This document shows, piece after piece, positions 44,601 through 60,025 of a DNA stretch of 64,000 bases. The notes beneath the pieces are model-generated. The model was not told the origin of the DNA. It saw only the letters and a program-made list of their open reading frames with translations, and did not search any database. Every line of letters starts with the position of its first letter. Position 1 is the first letter of the stretch. This DNA comes from the human T2T-CHM13v2.0 reference genome, Homo sapiens: NCBI RefSeq assembly GCF_009914755.1, contig NC_060925.1; one strand, given 5' to 3'. A program made the translations under genes and the position numbers.

Positions 44601-45494
44601 CACCATCCCGGACTAAATGAAATCCAACTTTCCCTGACGCACCTTGTGGGATCAAAGAGGGGTGTTCCCATGCTCACCTTTCGCCACTTCCTCCCTGGGG
44701 TATCTCCACCTCTCCAACACAAGCTCAATGCCAGTTCTCTTTGGGATGTTTTTGTGCAGGGGGTGTGACCTCCCTCATAAAGGAACCCCCACTCCCAAGT
44801 TTTCCCCTCTTGTCAGTGGAACCTGTGACCAACGGTTCCTTCCTGTCCTTTTCCTCCCTGAAAGTAGCCCGGGGGCATTCGAACATGGCTCTAGACCCCT
44901 GAATAGGGTTTGGAGCGGAGATGTGCCTGGGGAGAAGAGATCGCAGTGCTGTGTATGAAGCTTTGGGCACGTGCTCACAAGAGCACACACAGCAACCTGA
45001 GCAGGTCATTCCTTTTGATAAGGATGACAAATACACATACCAAACCCTGTTCCCCTCACCCACCCCAAACCAGTACCCCCAGGATGATTCCAGATCAGCT
45101 CTGGAGCATTTGCATCAAGGGCCTGCAGACTCACAGGACCTACTAGAGCAAAATATCAGTGTCTCAGACCCCAGTTTTGGCCTCAAATACTGGGTTTTTC
45201 TGCCAGGAGAAGTAGCTGCTAGTCTAGGAAATGCTGGGACTTGTCCAGAAAGATGAGGTTTGTGAATACGGGGTGTGGGGTTGGGTGGGGAATTAAGGCT
45301 GATGTATCTGGAGGAACTTTGGTTGGGCTGGAGGCAACTTCTGCCCTGTTCTATTCAACAGTTCCCTCCCCTCCACTACCCCATTTAATCTGGCCACAGC
45401 TCAGCTACCTGTGTATAAAATCTTGATCTCTCTCCTATTTCCTTTCTACCTTCCGTGTTTTTACTTACTCGAAAACTGTTCCCCTCTCCTGTGT

Positions 45495-46700
45495 GTATTT
45501 TTTTAATTGAAATATACCAGGCATTTAGGAAAGGAACACGAAACCTAAGTGTACAGGTCAACAAATGATGACACAGTGAACACCCCCATATGACCACCAT
45601 CCAGATCTAGAACGAGATCATTATTGGCATCCCAGATACCCTCCTTCTATCCGCTCCTGGTGACTATGCCACACTCCTTCTCAAAAGTAACGTTTATCTA
45701 ACACTACAGGTTAGTTTTGCTTACTTCTGAACTTTATATACATGGAACCATTCAGTAGGTATTATTTTGTGTCTGGCTTCTCTCACTCAATACTATGTTT
45801 ATGAAACTCATCCAAAACATTGTGGTAGCAGTAGCTTATTTGTTTTCATTGCCGTACGGTATGCCATTAAATAAATATACCACAATTTATCTGTTATTCT
45901 GTTGACGGACATTTTGGTTGTTCCTACTTTGGGGTTATTATGAATAAGGCTGCGATAACGTTTTTGTTCATGTCCTTTGGTACACTTACGTTCATATTTA
46001 TACTAGATATATACCTAGGAATAGAATTACTGGGTCATAAAAGGATATGCATATTTTTAGCTTTAGCAAATGCGACTAAACAATTTTTCAAAGTGCTCAT
46101 ATTAATTTACACTCCTGCCAGCAGCGTCTTAGTGTTCCAGTTGCTCTATATTCTCATTAACACTTGATATTGTCAATCTAGAAAAATTAAAAAATTTAGC
46201 CATTCTGGTGGGTGTATAGTGGTATTGTAGTTTAAATTTGCTTTATCCTGATAACCAATGAAGTTGACCACCTTTCCATGCATTTATTTGACCCTTGGAT
46301 ATCTGTTCAAGTATCATGTCCATTTTCTATTATTCTATTCCTTCTGTCTTACTACTTTTTTTTTTTTTTTTTGAGATGGTATCTTGCTCTGTTGCCTAGG
46401 CTGGAACCTCTTGGGTTCAAGTGATTCTCCTGCCTCAGTCTCCTGAGTAGCTGGGACTACAGGCACATGCCACCATGACAGGCTAATTTTTGTATTTTTG
46501 ATAGAGACAGCGTTTCACCATGTTGGCCAGGCTGGTCTCTAACTCCTGACCTCAAGTGATCCGCCCGCCTTGGCCTCCCAAAGTGCTGGGATTATAGGTG
46601 TGAACCACTGAGCCCAGCCCTGTCTTACCACTTTGTAGGAGTTCTTTATGAATATCAGATACGAGTCCTTTGTTGGTTATAGGTATTGCAAATATTTCTA
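45495..46700 (-). mobile_element. Old L1M 3' segment with an inserted Alu (about 46355-46619)
   Basis: L1 3'-UTR/ORF2-end motifs (ttagccattctggtgggtgtatagtggtat). Confidence 0.75.
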
Positions 46701-48683
46701 TGAGTAAATAAATACAAAAGCCCTTGGTTTTGGTGTCTTCTGAAGTGTCAGGGCCACTGGAACAAGAATATAATCTCTATATCTATTTTGATCACTAGTG
46801 TAAACCCAGCTCCTGGCACATAGTAGGTACTTAATAAATATGTTGAATGAATGATGGATGAGGTGGATAAAGCTGATGTAGGTACTTTGCTCTGTATTGT
46901 GCTGATCCCTAGAGTCAAACACCAAGAGGACCTGGGGGAAGCAGATTTCCTCTGGCTTAGCCAGCTGTGACCTTAGGAAGAGGAAGACATCCTGGCCCTT
47001 CTCTACTGAAAGAGCAGAAATAGCTACAGTCTGTGAAATGATGAGCACAGATGTAGGGAGCGGAGGTCACAGATGAAAAGACAGGAACTACCAGCAAGTA
47101 GCAGGCCAGCCAGATACTTCAGAAGGAGAGACGCAGTTGGGGGTATCAAAAAGATAGTGAGGGTCTCTGAGCATCACTGTGGACCTTTGTATGACAAGAA
47201 CCTCCAAAGGTCATGTGGACTCTCTCTTGCCTCAAGACATGCCCAGTCTTTGAGCTTGTTAGCCAAGAGAGCTCTTCCACACCTAGAAACACATTTCTTT
47301 CTCCAAAGGAGGTTCCCTGAAACTTTGGTTGGAGGGTCTTATTCCTAACCTGCATTGGGCAACTCTTTTTTTAAAATCAGCTTTAACTTCCTCATGGCCT
47401 GTAATGTCCATCCTGAATATGGAAGACCACCGAATCAGCCTCTTCTCCATGCACTGTTTTCATAGGCCTGTTGCATTCTACAGCGTTTTTCTCTTGCTGT
47501 GTTTCTCTCCAGCATCCTTGACCAGCTCTGGTCAAGAGTCTCACTGATTCCTGTTACTCTGGGAGACAGAAATTTCCCCTTGCACCACCCTAACAAACTC
47601 ACAGCATCCCCTCCTCATGTCTTTCAGAACATAATGTGGCATTTAACTAGAAGCTAGTAGTAGCACCCCAAATTTTTATATAAACTGAGCTTGGGGACGC
47701 CATCTAGTTGGAGAGAGGCTGGGTGACTTGTCATGAAACATCATTTGTATAGCAAGCACAGTGTTTTCATTTAGAATATGAGCATATGTTGGGTGTGGGG
47801 TGGGAAAGAGTGTTGTGGCAAAAGGAATTGTTGATCACTCCACAGGCAGGGGCCTGTGGAGGAGCCTGTGTGGGAAGGTCCTCTGTGGGGCAGCATTCTT
47901 CAGTCTTGCTTGGCACTTGTCCTAATATGTGGTTAATTTAGCCTCTATCCTGAGGTTCTCTTAGCCCCATGGCCTTCCTTCTGGGCCAAGTACTGTCTAC
48001 CAATGGCTTCTCCATAGACTACCTGAATACTCATCTTGAGACATCATAAAATTCCAGAGCCCCATAGATCCTGGACCCCCTAACCAGCATGGCTAGTTGT
48101 AAGACTAGCCTGACGTGGCTGGAAACTTTTCTATCTTTTGTTCTGTGGGGGAGGGTGCCCCCTCCCATTTTTCCCCTTGCTGTGACCCCTCCGCTGCTCC
48201 CTCCCTCCCAGAGGTCAACTTCTTTCCTGCTGCCCAGAGCTGAGGTGACATCCCCTTCCGGCTTCATTCAGTTTTAGGAGGATGTAGTGATGGGGGTGGG
48301 ATAGGGAAGTGTGGCCATCTGTGCTCAGCACTGTCATCATTCCCTTTGCTTCTCTATAACTGAGCTCCCTTTCCCCAAAGCCCCCTGGATACCCACCCTG
48401 GGATTCCCTTAGGCAGGATGGTTCCAGGTATTTGGAGCTGCAGCTCTGAATTTACTGAGTATAGCTGGGAAGCCTTGACAGCAAACAAAATGGTCTGGTG
48501 AACTATAACTGGGGATAGAAAAGTAATCTTTGAGAGGCAGTGCTGCAGAGTGGAATATGCCACAGCATTGTAATCACATGGATTTGAATCCATGAATGGC
48601 TCAGCAATTCATTAGGCACATGACCTTGGGCCATGTCTATCAAATGGAGACATAATTCCCTTTCTGCAATATATGTTCCATGG

Positions 48684-49104
48684 TGAGCAGTTCTATGCAA
48701 ACCTACCCCCAAAGTCTGAGAAAGCTCAGAGGCCAAAGAGGCTGACAAATCTGGTTTCTTGAAAGAAGCATTTAATAGGGACTTGCGAACAGAAGCCCTG
48801 TCTATATCCCGGACAGCAGTAAGACCAGGGCTTGAATACCTTATAAGGAAGGAATACCTATACCTTACAGGGAAGGAATGTGTAGGACAATTGTAGGGAA
48901 AGGCGAGAATGCTATGTGAAGTTCCCTAAGGGCAGGATTTATGGTCAGTTGTTTTAACCTAAGAGCAGGATTTATGATAAGTATATGGTCTTACCAAGGA
49001 ATAGTAGATAAAATAGAAATCTTAGAGGCATTTCCAGAACTGGAGTTAATCAGAAGTCAACATGGTGGATTAGCATCCAAGATGGAGTTGCATTAGCCTT
49101 CACA
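48684..49104 (-). mobile_element. ERV1-class solo LTR (LTR47-like, subfamily tentative)
   Basis: Minus strand TGTGAAGGCTAATGCAACTCCATCTTGG... start, CA end. Confidence 0.6.
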
Positions 49105-49496
49105 GATGATGAGAGGATTAGGATAATATAGCATTTGGAACATTCCCTGCACGCAGTAGGACTGTTAAGATCTCACCAAAGAGAAACAGCCAATAAACAG
49201 GGATTAGGCACTTGGAACGGGCAGCTCAGGCTTTTTCTGGGCCTCACGTGAAATTTTAGACTTCCCAGAGTGTGAGGGCATGCCTACCTGGAAAGGGTTA
49301 ATGATGGACAGTCTCTTACATAGATGCAGGTAGGAGCTAATAGGGGCAGCAACCCCACAGTGGGTCACAAGCCAAAGATGAGCAAACTTTATCTTGCAAG
49401 AGCCAGGATGCAAAAAGACTGTATCTTGCAAACCAGATTACCTAGTTTCAAACTGCCCTCTGTGTTTACTGCCTACTGCTCTAGGATTATCCTCTA

Positions 49497-49740
49497 GACC
49501 AGGGTTTCCTAAACTGGCCTGGTCATAGGAATCACCTGTTGGGAACTTCTTTTAAAATATAGATTTCCAGGCCTCTTTCCTGGAAATTCTGTTTCCAAAC
49601 GTCTGGTGCTGGGCCAGGAAACCTACCCTTTTAAATAAGTGCCCCAGGTGACTCCCATGATCTACTGGGTTGGGAAACTGCCCCAGTCTGGTGGTTCTCA
49701 GTCCTGGCTGCATATTAGAATCTCCTGGGGAGCTTTAACA
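49497..49740. mobile_element. MER5-type hAT MITE remnants (others near 10000-10170, 23180-23320, 62550-62740)
   Basis: cagggtttcctaaact and attagaatctcctggggagctt motifs. Confidence 0.65.
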
Positions 49741-50929
49741 AAAATATACCTTTGTCACAGGAGGAAACACTGTGACAAAGGTATATTTTGTCACAGGAAG
49801 GCAAGGCTCAGGAAGTCTTCAAAGACATGGAGGTGCTTTGATTGAATCTGACTGTGTGGGTTTATATGCAAACTCATTTAATCCTAATAATTACCCTAGG
49901 AGGTAGGCTGTTGCAATATATCAGGTGGAAAATGAGGTCAGTGGGTTGGAGAATGGTAAATAGATTTAAAAGTTATTTAGGTTAGTTGTTAGAGAATTGC
50001 AAATCAAAACCACAATGGGATACCACTTCATATCCAGTAGGTTGGCCATAAAAAAAAAAGAGAGAAAATAACAGAAAATGACAAGTGTTGGTGAGAGTGT
50101 GGAGAAATTGGAACCTTGTCCATTTGCTGGTGAGAATATAATGTGGTGCAGCTGCTATAGGAAACAGTTTGATGTTTCTTCAGAAGGTTAAACACAGAAT
50201 TACCATATCACTGAGCAATTTCATTCCTAAGTATATGCCTAAAAGAATTGGAAATGGGAAAGAATTATTCCAGTTAGAGAGAACAGAGTGAAATGGCAGG
50301 AAGGCAAGGGAGAATTTGGCATTTTCAAGGAACAGCAGGTTCTTCAACATGTGGTTGGATGCACGTAGGGACGTGTTAAATGAAAGATGAAATGGTAGGC
50401 TTTGGTGATATGTTACAGAGCTGAAGGCTTCTTTGACATGAACGTATTGTTTTATGCTTGATCACAAAGTCCTTGAACACAGAGACTTTATATTTTAAAA
50501 TTTATATTAATTTTGAAATACCTTATATTTTAAAATTTCTGTGATGTTTGCTGACACCTTGTAATTTACACATCTGGGCCTTCTTTCTCTGTCAGACCGT
50601 TACATATGGAGTCTCATTCACTTGCATAGTGTCCATTTATGATGCTCTGTTCATGATGCCCAAATATCTTTGTCTTAGACTTCTCTTCTGAGCTCTGAAC
50701 TTGGATGTCTCAGCACTTCCAACTTGTGATATCCAAAATGCGCTAGTTCTCTCCCAGATGTCTATTTCTTATTCTGTCTTCTCCATCCCAGAAAAGAGGA
50801 TTCCCTCGCCCATTTGTTTGTCAGCCATCTGGGAGTCATTCTTGACTCCTTCCTCTACTTCCCCGCCTCCTCGCCCACCACCCATCAATCACCATTTGCC
50901 ATCCATCGACTCTACCTCCTAAATAACTT

Positions 50930-52180
<1,251 letters not shown>

Positions 52181-52423
52181 CTAAGTAACCTTCTAATTTG
52201 CCTACTTCATAGGGTAATTATTAGGATTAAATGATTATATATATATATACACATGCATACACACACACATGTGACTTAGAACAGTGCCTGGCATATAATA
52301 AATAATGTATAAGTATTAAAAAGAAAGTAGAAAAAGGAACAAAAGAACAGAAGGAAAGAAGGACCTCTTAGCTATACTTTCTTTCTTACTGTCCTAAGTC
52401 AAAGCCCACAATTCCACTCCTAA

Positions 52424-52750
<327 letters not shown>

Positions 52751-52868
52751 AACTCCTTTCATTTCATGAAGGTTTCAGGCTCTCATTTGCCTTATAGTCT
52801 TTGTCTACTGTATTCCCTGTCTGGCACAATTCTCTCCCTTGTCCCCCAACTCTTTGCCTAGCTAACTC

Positions 52869-54335
52869 ACTGTTTTTTTGTTTGTTTGTTTTGTTTTTAA
52901 ATTTAAGAGTTTTTTTGAGGTATAATATGCAATAAACAGCACAGATTTAAGGTGTACAATTTGATGTTTTGACATGTGTATACATCAGTAAAACATCACT
53001 ACAATCAAGATAAAGAGTATATCCATGACCCCTGTGTTTCTTCCTGCTTCTTTTAATCTTTCTCTCTCAACCCATGCGTTGGGCCACCTGCCGTCTGTCA
53101 CTACAGATGTTTTTCATTTCTAGAATTTCATATGAATGGAATCATGTAGTATATATCTTTTTTGTCTGATTTCTCTCATTCAGCATACTTATTCTGAGAT
53201 TTATCCATGTTATGTGTATCAACAGGTTGTTCCTTTCTGCTGTTGAGTAGTGTTCCATCATATGGATGCACCTGTTTGTTTATTCATTCACCTGTTGATG
53301 GACATTTCAGTTGTTTCCAGTTTGGGGCTATTACAAATAAGGCTGCTATATGCAATGTGTGCAAGCCTTTTTAGGGGTATATATTTTCATTTGTTTTTGT
53401 TTTTCAAGTTTTGTTTTAGACTCAGGGGTACCTGTGCAGGTTTGTTAACTGGGTATACTGTGTGATGCTGACGTTTGAGGTATGAATGATCTTGTTACCC
53501 AGGTACTGAGCATAGTACTCAACAGTTAGTTTTTCGACCTTGTTCCCCTTTCCTTGCTCCCCTCCAACAGTCCCCAGTGTCTATTGTTGCCATCTTTATG
53601 TCCATGACTACCCAAACTTGTAAGTGAGCACATGTGCTATTTGGTTTTCTGTTCCTGTGTTAACTTGCTTAGGACAATGGCCTCTGGCTGCATCCATGTT
53701 GCTACAAAGGACACGATTTTGTTTTTTTTTTTTATGGCTGCATAATATTACATGGTGTATATGTACATTTTCTTTATCCAAACCACCACTGATGGGCACC
53801 TAGGTTGATTCCATGTCTTTGCTATTGTGAATAGTGGTGTGATGAACATGTGAGTGCACGCGTCTTTTTGGCAGAATGATTTGTTTTCTTTTGGATGCAT
53901 ATCCAGTAGTGGGATTGCTGGGTCAAATGGTAGTTCTGTTTTAAGTTCTTTGAGAAATCTCCAAACTGCTTTCCACAGTGGCTGAACTAATTTACATTCC
54001 CACAAAGAATGTGTAAGTCTTCCCTTCTCTGTAGCCTCGTCAACATCTGTTGTTTTTTGACTTTTTAATAACTGCCATTCTGGTTGGTGTGTGATGGTAT
54101 CACACTGTGGTTTTGATTTGCATTTCTCTGATGATTAGTGATGTGGAGCATTTTTTTCATAAGTTTGTTGGCTGCTTGTATGTCTTCTTTTGGAGAGTGT
54201 CTGTTCATGTCTTTTGCACATTTTTTAATCGGGTTATTTGTTTTTTGCTTTTTCAATTGTTTCAGTTCCTTATAGATTCTGAATATTAGACCTTTGTTGG
54301 ATGCAAAGTTTGCAAATATTTTTTCCCATTCTGTG
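52869..54335 (-). mobile_element. Composite L1: L1P 3' end (about 53390-54335) plus L1M 3' end (about 52870-53390) inside a single 17-bp TSD
   Basis: ctttgcctagctaactc at 52852-52868 and 54336-54352; ORF2 C-terminal-like ORF WECKLVQPLWKAVWRFLKELK. Confidence 0.8.
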
Positions 54336-54757
54336 CTTTGCCTAGCTAACTCTTACTCAACTTTGAAGTCTCAGCTTCAGTCATGACTTCCTCACCAGAG
54401 GCTTTCCTGATTTTCCAGACCAGGCACCATGTGGTATATAAAATAACACCTTATCTCTCAGACCCAGGCAAGAAAGCCCCCTGCCTCGAACTTAATGCTT
54501 TAGAAGGCATCATATAATATAACCACAAAGGAAATAAATCCATTAAAAACACAGAGATGCTTCTGTCCCTTGGGATTCTGTGCTCAGCACTGGCACAGAA
54601 CAACCAGTAACACTGAACACACATTACTGAGTCTAATACAGTTCAGGCTCCGGAGGTCACTTCTTTATATATCTTGTTCTGTCTCATTTATTTAAGTTGA
54701 TAGATAAACACTGTATGCATTTATTGTGTACATGATGTTTTGAAATATGTATACATT

Positions 54758-54868
54758 AAAAATATGGAGTGCTTCACATATTTTTGTGTTATCCTTGTGC
54801 GATTGTGTTGTTTTAATTGGAAATTTGTATTGTTCCAATTTTAGTGTATGTGCTACCTAAGCAAACAC
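54758..54868 (-). pseudogene. U6 snRNA retropseudogene fused to a short L1 3' end (about 54686-54757)
   Basis: Reverse complement matches U6 5' (GTGTTTGCTTAGGTAGCACATACACTAAAATTGGAACAATACA) and 3' (GCACAAGGATAACAC...GTGAAGCACTCCATATTTTT) ends; central ~25 nt replaced. Confidence 0.85.
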
Positions 54869-55065
54869 ACTTTATGTCTTTAAAAAAGAAAAAGGTAACT
54901 GTGTCTGGATGCCCTGAAGGTTTGTGGGTTGTATCAGTGTGAACTTTGGAGGCCACTGTGGTTTTGGAGTATAGGCAGGAGTTGAGCTGTCAAAGTGCTT
55001 AGCTAAGAGAAAAGAAAATTAACTTGTCAAATGCTTCCTCTTAGGTAGCATGGCTGTAGTGGATT

Positions 55066-55775
<710 letters not shown>

Positions 55776-55980
55776 TGAATTAGTGTAGTGTTTGCAACAT
55801 TGCACGTGGGAGCTAAGGAACATTTTGTAGTAATAAATAATTTATATTATCCTTAAATTTTTATATTTGTACCTCTAGATACAACATGTTAAACATGATA
55901 CTGGTTCTTTTTATTGACATTAGATGGACACTGAATGCTAGAATTGCAAGTAGGTTTGTTTTTATAAAAATATTTCATTA

Positions 55981-56290
55981 GGCCAGGTGCAGTGGCTAAC
56001 ACCTGTAATCTCAGCACTTTGGGAGGCCCAAAGTGGGAGGATCACTTGAGCCCAGGAGTTTAAGACCAGTCTTAGCAACACAGTGAGACCCTATCTCTAC
56101 AAAAAAATAGAAAAAAAAATAGCCAGGTGTGGTGACGTGCACCTGTGGTCCTAGCTATTCAGGAGGCTGAAATGGGAGGATCTCTTAAGCCTCGGAAGTT
56201 GAGGCTGCAGTGAGTCATGATCTTGCCACTGCACTCCATCCTGGGTGACAGAGCAAGACCCCCTCTCAAGAAACAACAACAACAAAAACC
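55981..56290 (+). mobile_element. AluJ-like
   Basis: ggatcacttgagcccaggag diagnostic sequence. Confidence 0.88.
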
Positions 56291-58693
56291 AACCGTCTTT
56301 GATTAGATTTGAATTTTCAAAAAAAAATTTAATGAAATGTTCAGCTCTCAAGTAGGAACTTTGTCTCCTATTATCTCCCTTGGATAAAAGGAATACTGGG
56401 TTTAGGATGGCCATGTTTTTAGCAACCCAGATTCACAATCAAGGGATTCCAGCCAAACTTTCTGTTCCCATTCTCTTTGCTTATGAATATTTTGTCTTCC
56501 TTCTCGCCTTAGGTAGTGAGGTGTAAAAAGCTTGAGCTAAGTCCTTGATAGGGGTGTAGGATGTACCTGTGGTTATCTGTTGGAGCTCTTTCATTGGGGG
56601 ATTTGGGAAGTGGTCTAGATGGATGGGGACGGAGTGGCGGAAAGTCACCGATTTGTTGCCTCATCCCATCCAGAGTCTTTTGTTTTTTGAGATGATGGTC
56701 TCACTGTATCACTCAGGCTAGTCTCAAACTCCTGCCCTCAAGCGATCCTCCTGCCTCCACCTCCCAAAGTGCTGGGATTAAAGGCGAGAGCTACTGCGCC
56801 AAGCCCCAGCCAGTCTTGAGGCTGCTGTTGTTCCAGCCAGGCTGGGGACTTTGAACTGCTCTCTCGAGAAGCCTTCAGGGACCACTGGGCTGTAATTCAT
56901 GCGTTCTCGGAGCCAGGATTTGTAGCAGTTCCCTCTCATGGGCTTCCTACCCCCTCTGGAGCTTTTTTTCTACAGCTGGAAGAGTGTAGTGAGACTAGAG
57001 GAGGAGAGGGTCTGCTGTTCACTCTTCTCCCAGTTGCTCTATGATCATTAGAGACCTGGTTGTTCCCAAACTCAGAGAAAAGGGAAAAAAGCTGAACCCA
57101 GAAGCTGGGGGTGGGGCTGGAAAGAAATGCTGGCAGACAGCGGGAGAGGTGTGAATAGGGAGAGTTCAGCCAGAGGAATACAGATAGCTAGAGCTAAGAA
57201 CCAAGTCCAACAATAGAACAGCCTTTGTCCTTGACATCTCTCTGGGTCAGAATGAATGAGCCACACACCACAGGTTCTTGGGGCAGGCAGCACGGTGCAA
57301 TTGAAGAAGTACTGGACTTGGGGATTTTTGACCTGCATTTCAATTCTGGGGCTGCCCCTTAAGAATGCTGTCAAATGGCTTCTCTGAGTCTCAGTTTCAG
57401 TACTTTTAGCACAGGCTTTGGATTCAGATAGACTCAGCTCCTGGCACCTGCATGACCTTGGACAAGTTACTTAACCTAAGAGACTCAGTTGCCTCATCTG
57501 TAAAATGAACAGTAACACCTTAGAGTTGTTGCGATGAGTAAATAAGATAATTGATGGGAAGTAGATTCTATTGGTACGTAGGATTGTAGAATAACAGTGA
57601 GTTTGGAGCCAGGTGACATGGGCTTGAGCCAACTGCCTGCAGCTAGATGTGTAGCCTCTCTGAGAACCAATTCCTCCCCTGTAAGAAGGAGTAACAATGC
57701 CTTCTTCGCAGGGTTCTTGTGGGTCTCTGCTGAGATAAGATGTATGAAAGCACTCTGTACAGCTCTGTAGAAATGTGAAGGATTATTTTTGTTCTTCAGC
57801 TCGCCCTCTAACAAAGGCTGAATAAGTACTGAATTGGCCAAAAAAGGGAGGGCAAAGGAAGGAATGTGAATCTTAGGGGGAGTAGCAAAAAAGCTGGAAT
57901 AATCCCCACACTGTGTTTCCAACACTTTTCATGAAGCCCGAGCTCCAAGAAACAGTACACATCCAGGGAGGGAGGTGAGAAACTGGGGACTTGAGGGGGA
58001 AGGGGGTTAGGAGGAGAGGGAAAAGGAGCCCACTGCTGTCAAAGCCCAGGAGGACATGGAAGGTCCTTGCCTGGTGAGGAGAAGAAGAGGGTGTCTCTCG
58101 AGTCCCAGCTCCTGCTGCGTCTTCCTTCGTGATCCAGACTCTCTTGTGATCCACAAAGCACAGCTTCCAGCTTTGAGCCAAGAAATGCTGCCTTCCAGTG
58201 CCCCCCACCTGGCAGCTACTGAGCAGATTCAAATATGCTCAGGGTTGGAGCCCAGAGAAAAAAGACAGGAATTCTGCTGTCCCCAGTGGAGGCTGGTTTG
58301 TCCTCCTCATACCCCACCAGACAGGGCAGAGCCCCTCAAGCCAGCCTCCCCCTCCTCCTCCACTTTCCCTTGATCTGCCTGAACCAGGACATGATGCCAG
58401 GGCCATGGACCTGCTGGTCCTGAGCTCCGAGAGCCCTTCCCTTGGGAGCTCAGCCCATCAGATGTGCCAGGGAAATGTTTCCACAGATTAGTGCCTCCTG
58501 TGGTGAGACAGTAGCAGCAGGTGTCAGGAACAGGGCAGGGAGGGAACAAAGCCCAGGGAGCCCTTGGGAGGAGCCCAAGGACAGAGGCTTTCTTTTCCAG
58601 TCTCTGGCCTCCAGAACCAGGAGGTTTGGGGTTCCTCCAAAGCCCCTGCCTCAGTTTCACCTCTCAGTGACCAGCTGGTGATGCACAGATCAC

Positions 58694-58699
58694 TTTATT
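58694..58699 (-). terminator. PM20D1: PM20D1 polyadenylation signal AATAAA
   Basis: tttatt on + strand about 575 nt after the stop. Confidence 0.7.
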
Positions 58700-59273
58700 T
58701 GACTGATTATGGTGACAATTATGGTAGTATCACAGTTTGGGTAAGTCCAGGTCCAGAAGTAGAATAAATTGAAGAGTAAGGGGAGAGATGCAGGAGAGAG
58801 AGGAGAGATGAAGAGACAGCTCATGAGTCCAAGAAGAGAGGGGAATAAAAGGGGGAAGAAAGTTCTAGTAAGAAGAAATATATAAGCTCTGGAGAAAGCA
58901 TCCCAGCAAGAGTGCCCTAAATTAAAGACTCCTATCAGGTAACAACTGGTTGAGATTTCTCAAATCTACATTTGTTAAGTCAAGCCTGGAAGGTGAAGCA
59001 GTGAAATAACCAGCATAAGACAGATAAGGGACAAGAGGGCAGCAAATGCCAGTGGATCAAGGGATGCAGATGTCGGGAGGAAGGGAGAAGCCAGATTTCT
59101 GCTGACTTTACCTTACCCCGGCCTTGTTCTTGGGAGAGTTTAAGAGTGAGCAAGACAGATGGGCAATGTTTTACAATGTGGTTTTGATCAAAAGTTTCAT
59201 CAACACTAGCTTTCCCCCTTGGGTTAGTCCTGTCCCGGGGTCGGGCATGCCTAACCCAGCAGGCCCCTTGACC

Positions 59274-59397
59274 TCACAGTTTGTGCAGGTGAGAAACTGG
59301 CTCCTGGTCTGTGTCAGCATTCTGAATCAACTCAAAGATGAATTTCACTTGGGTCTCATAGGCTTGGACTGAGATTTTCTCGTTGACTCCATGGATG
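59274..59397 (-). CDS. PM20D1: PM20D1 last coding exon (124 nt, IHGVNEKISVQAYETQVKFIFELIQNADTDQEPVSHLHKL*)
   Basis: M20 peptidase HGxNE metal-ligand motif; cag acceptor; TGA at 59274-59276. Confidence 0.95.
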
Positions 59398-59692
59398 CTG
59401 AGGAAAGTAAGGTGCATTTAGGGAAGGAGGGGAGGGCCAAGTGCCACAGCACAAGTGTTATCACAGAGCACTTCCCTTACTTCCCTCACCAACCCGGAAA
59501 CTACTGGCCCTCCAGGGCTAGGAAAGAGAGGGGCAAGGGAGGGGCCATCTGAGATTTCAGATGCACATTGGTCGTTTCTCAGGGATCCATCTATGCTCGT
59601 GACAAAGAACAGTGTGGAATAAACTCCTGGGGAGTCCAAAATAATCTCCTGCTCTGAAATCCATTCAATAATTTGTCCTCCGGGAGAATTAT

Positions 59693-60025
<333 letters not shown>

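Noticed and set aside
43317-44655. Several overlapping 170-240 aa ORFs on both strands
   Set aside because: Stop-codon depletion in a GC-rich CpG island; low-complexity Pro/Gly/Arg/Ala sequence with no recognisable domain
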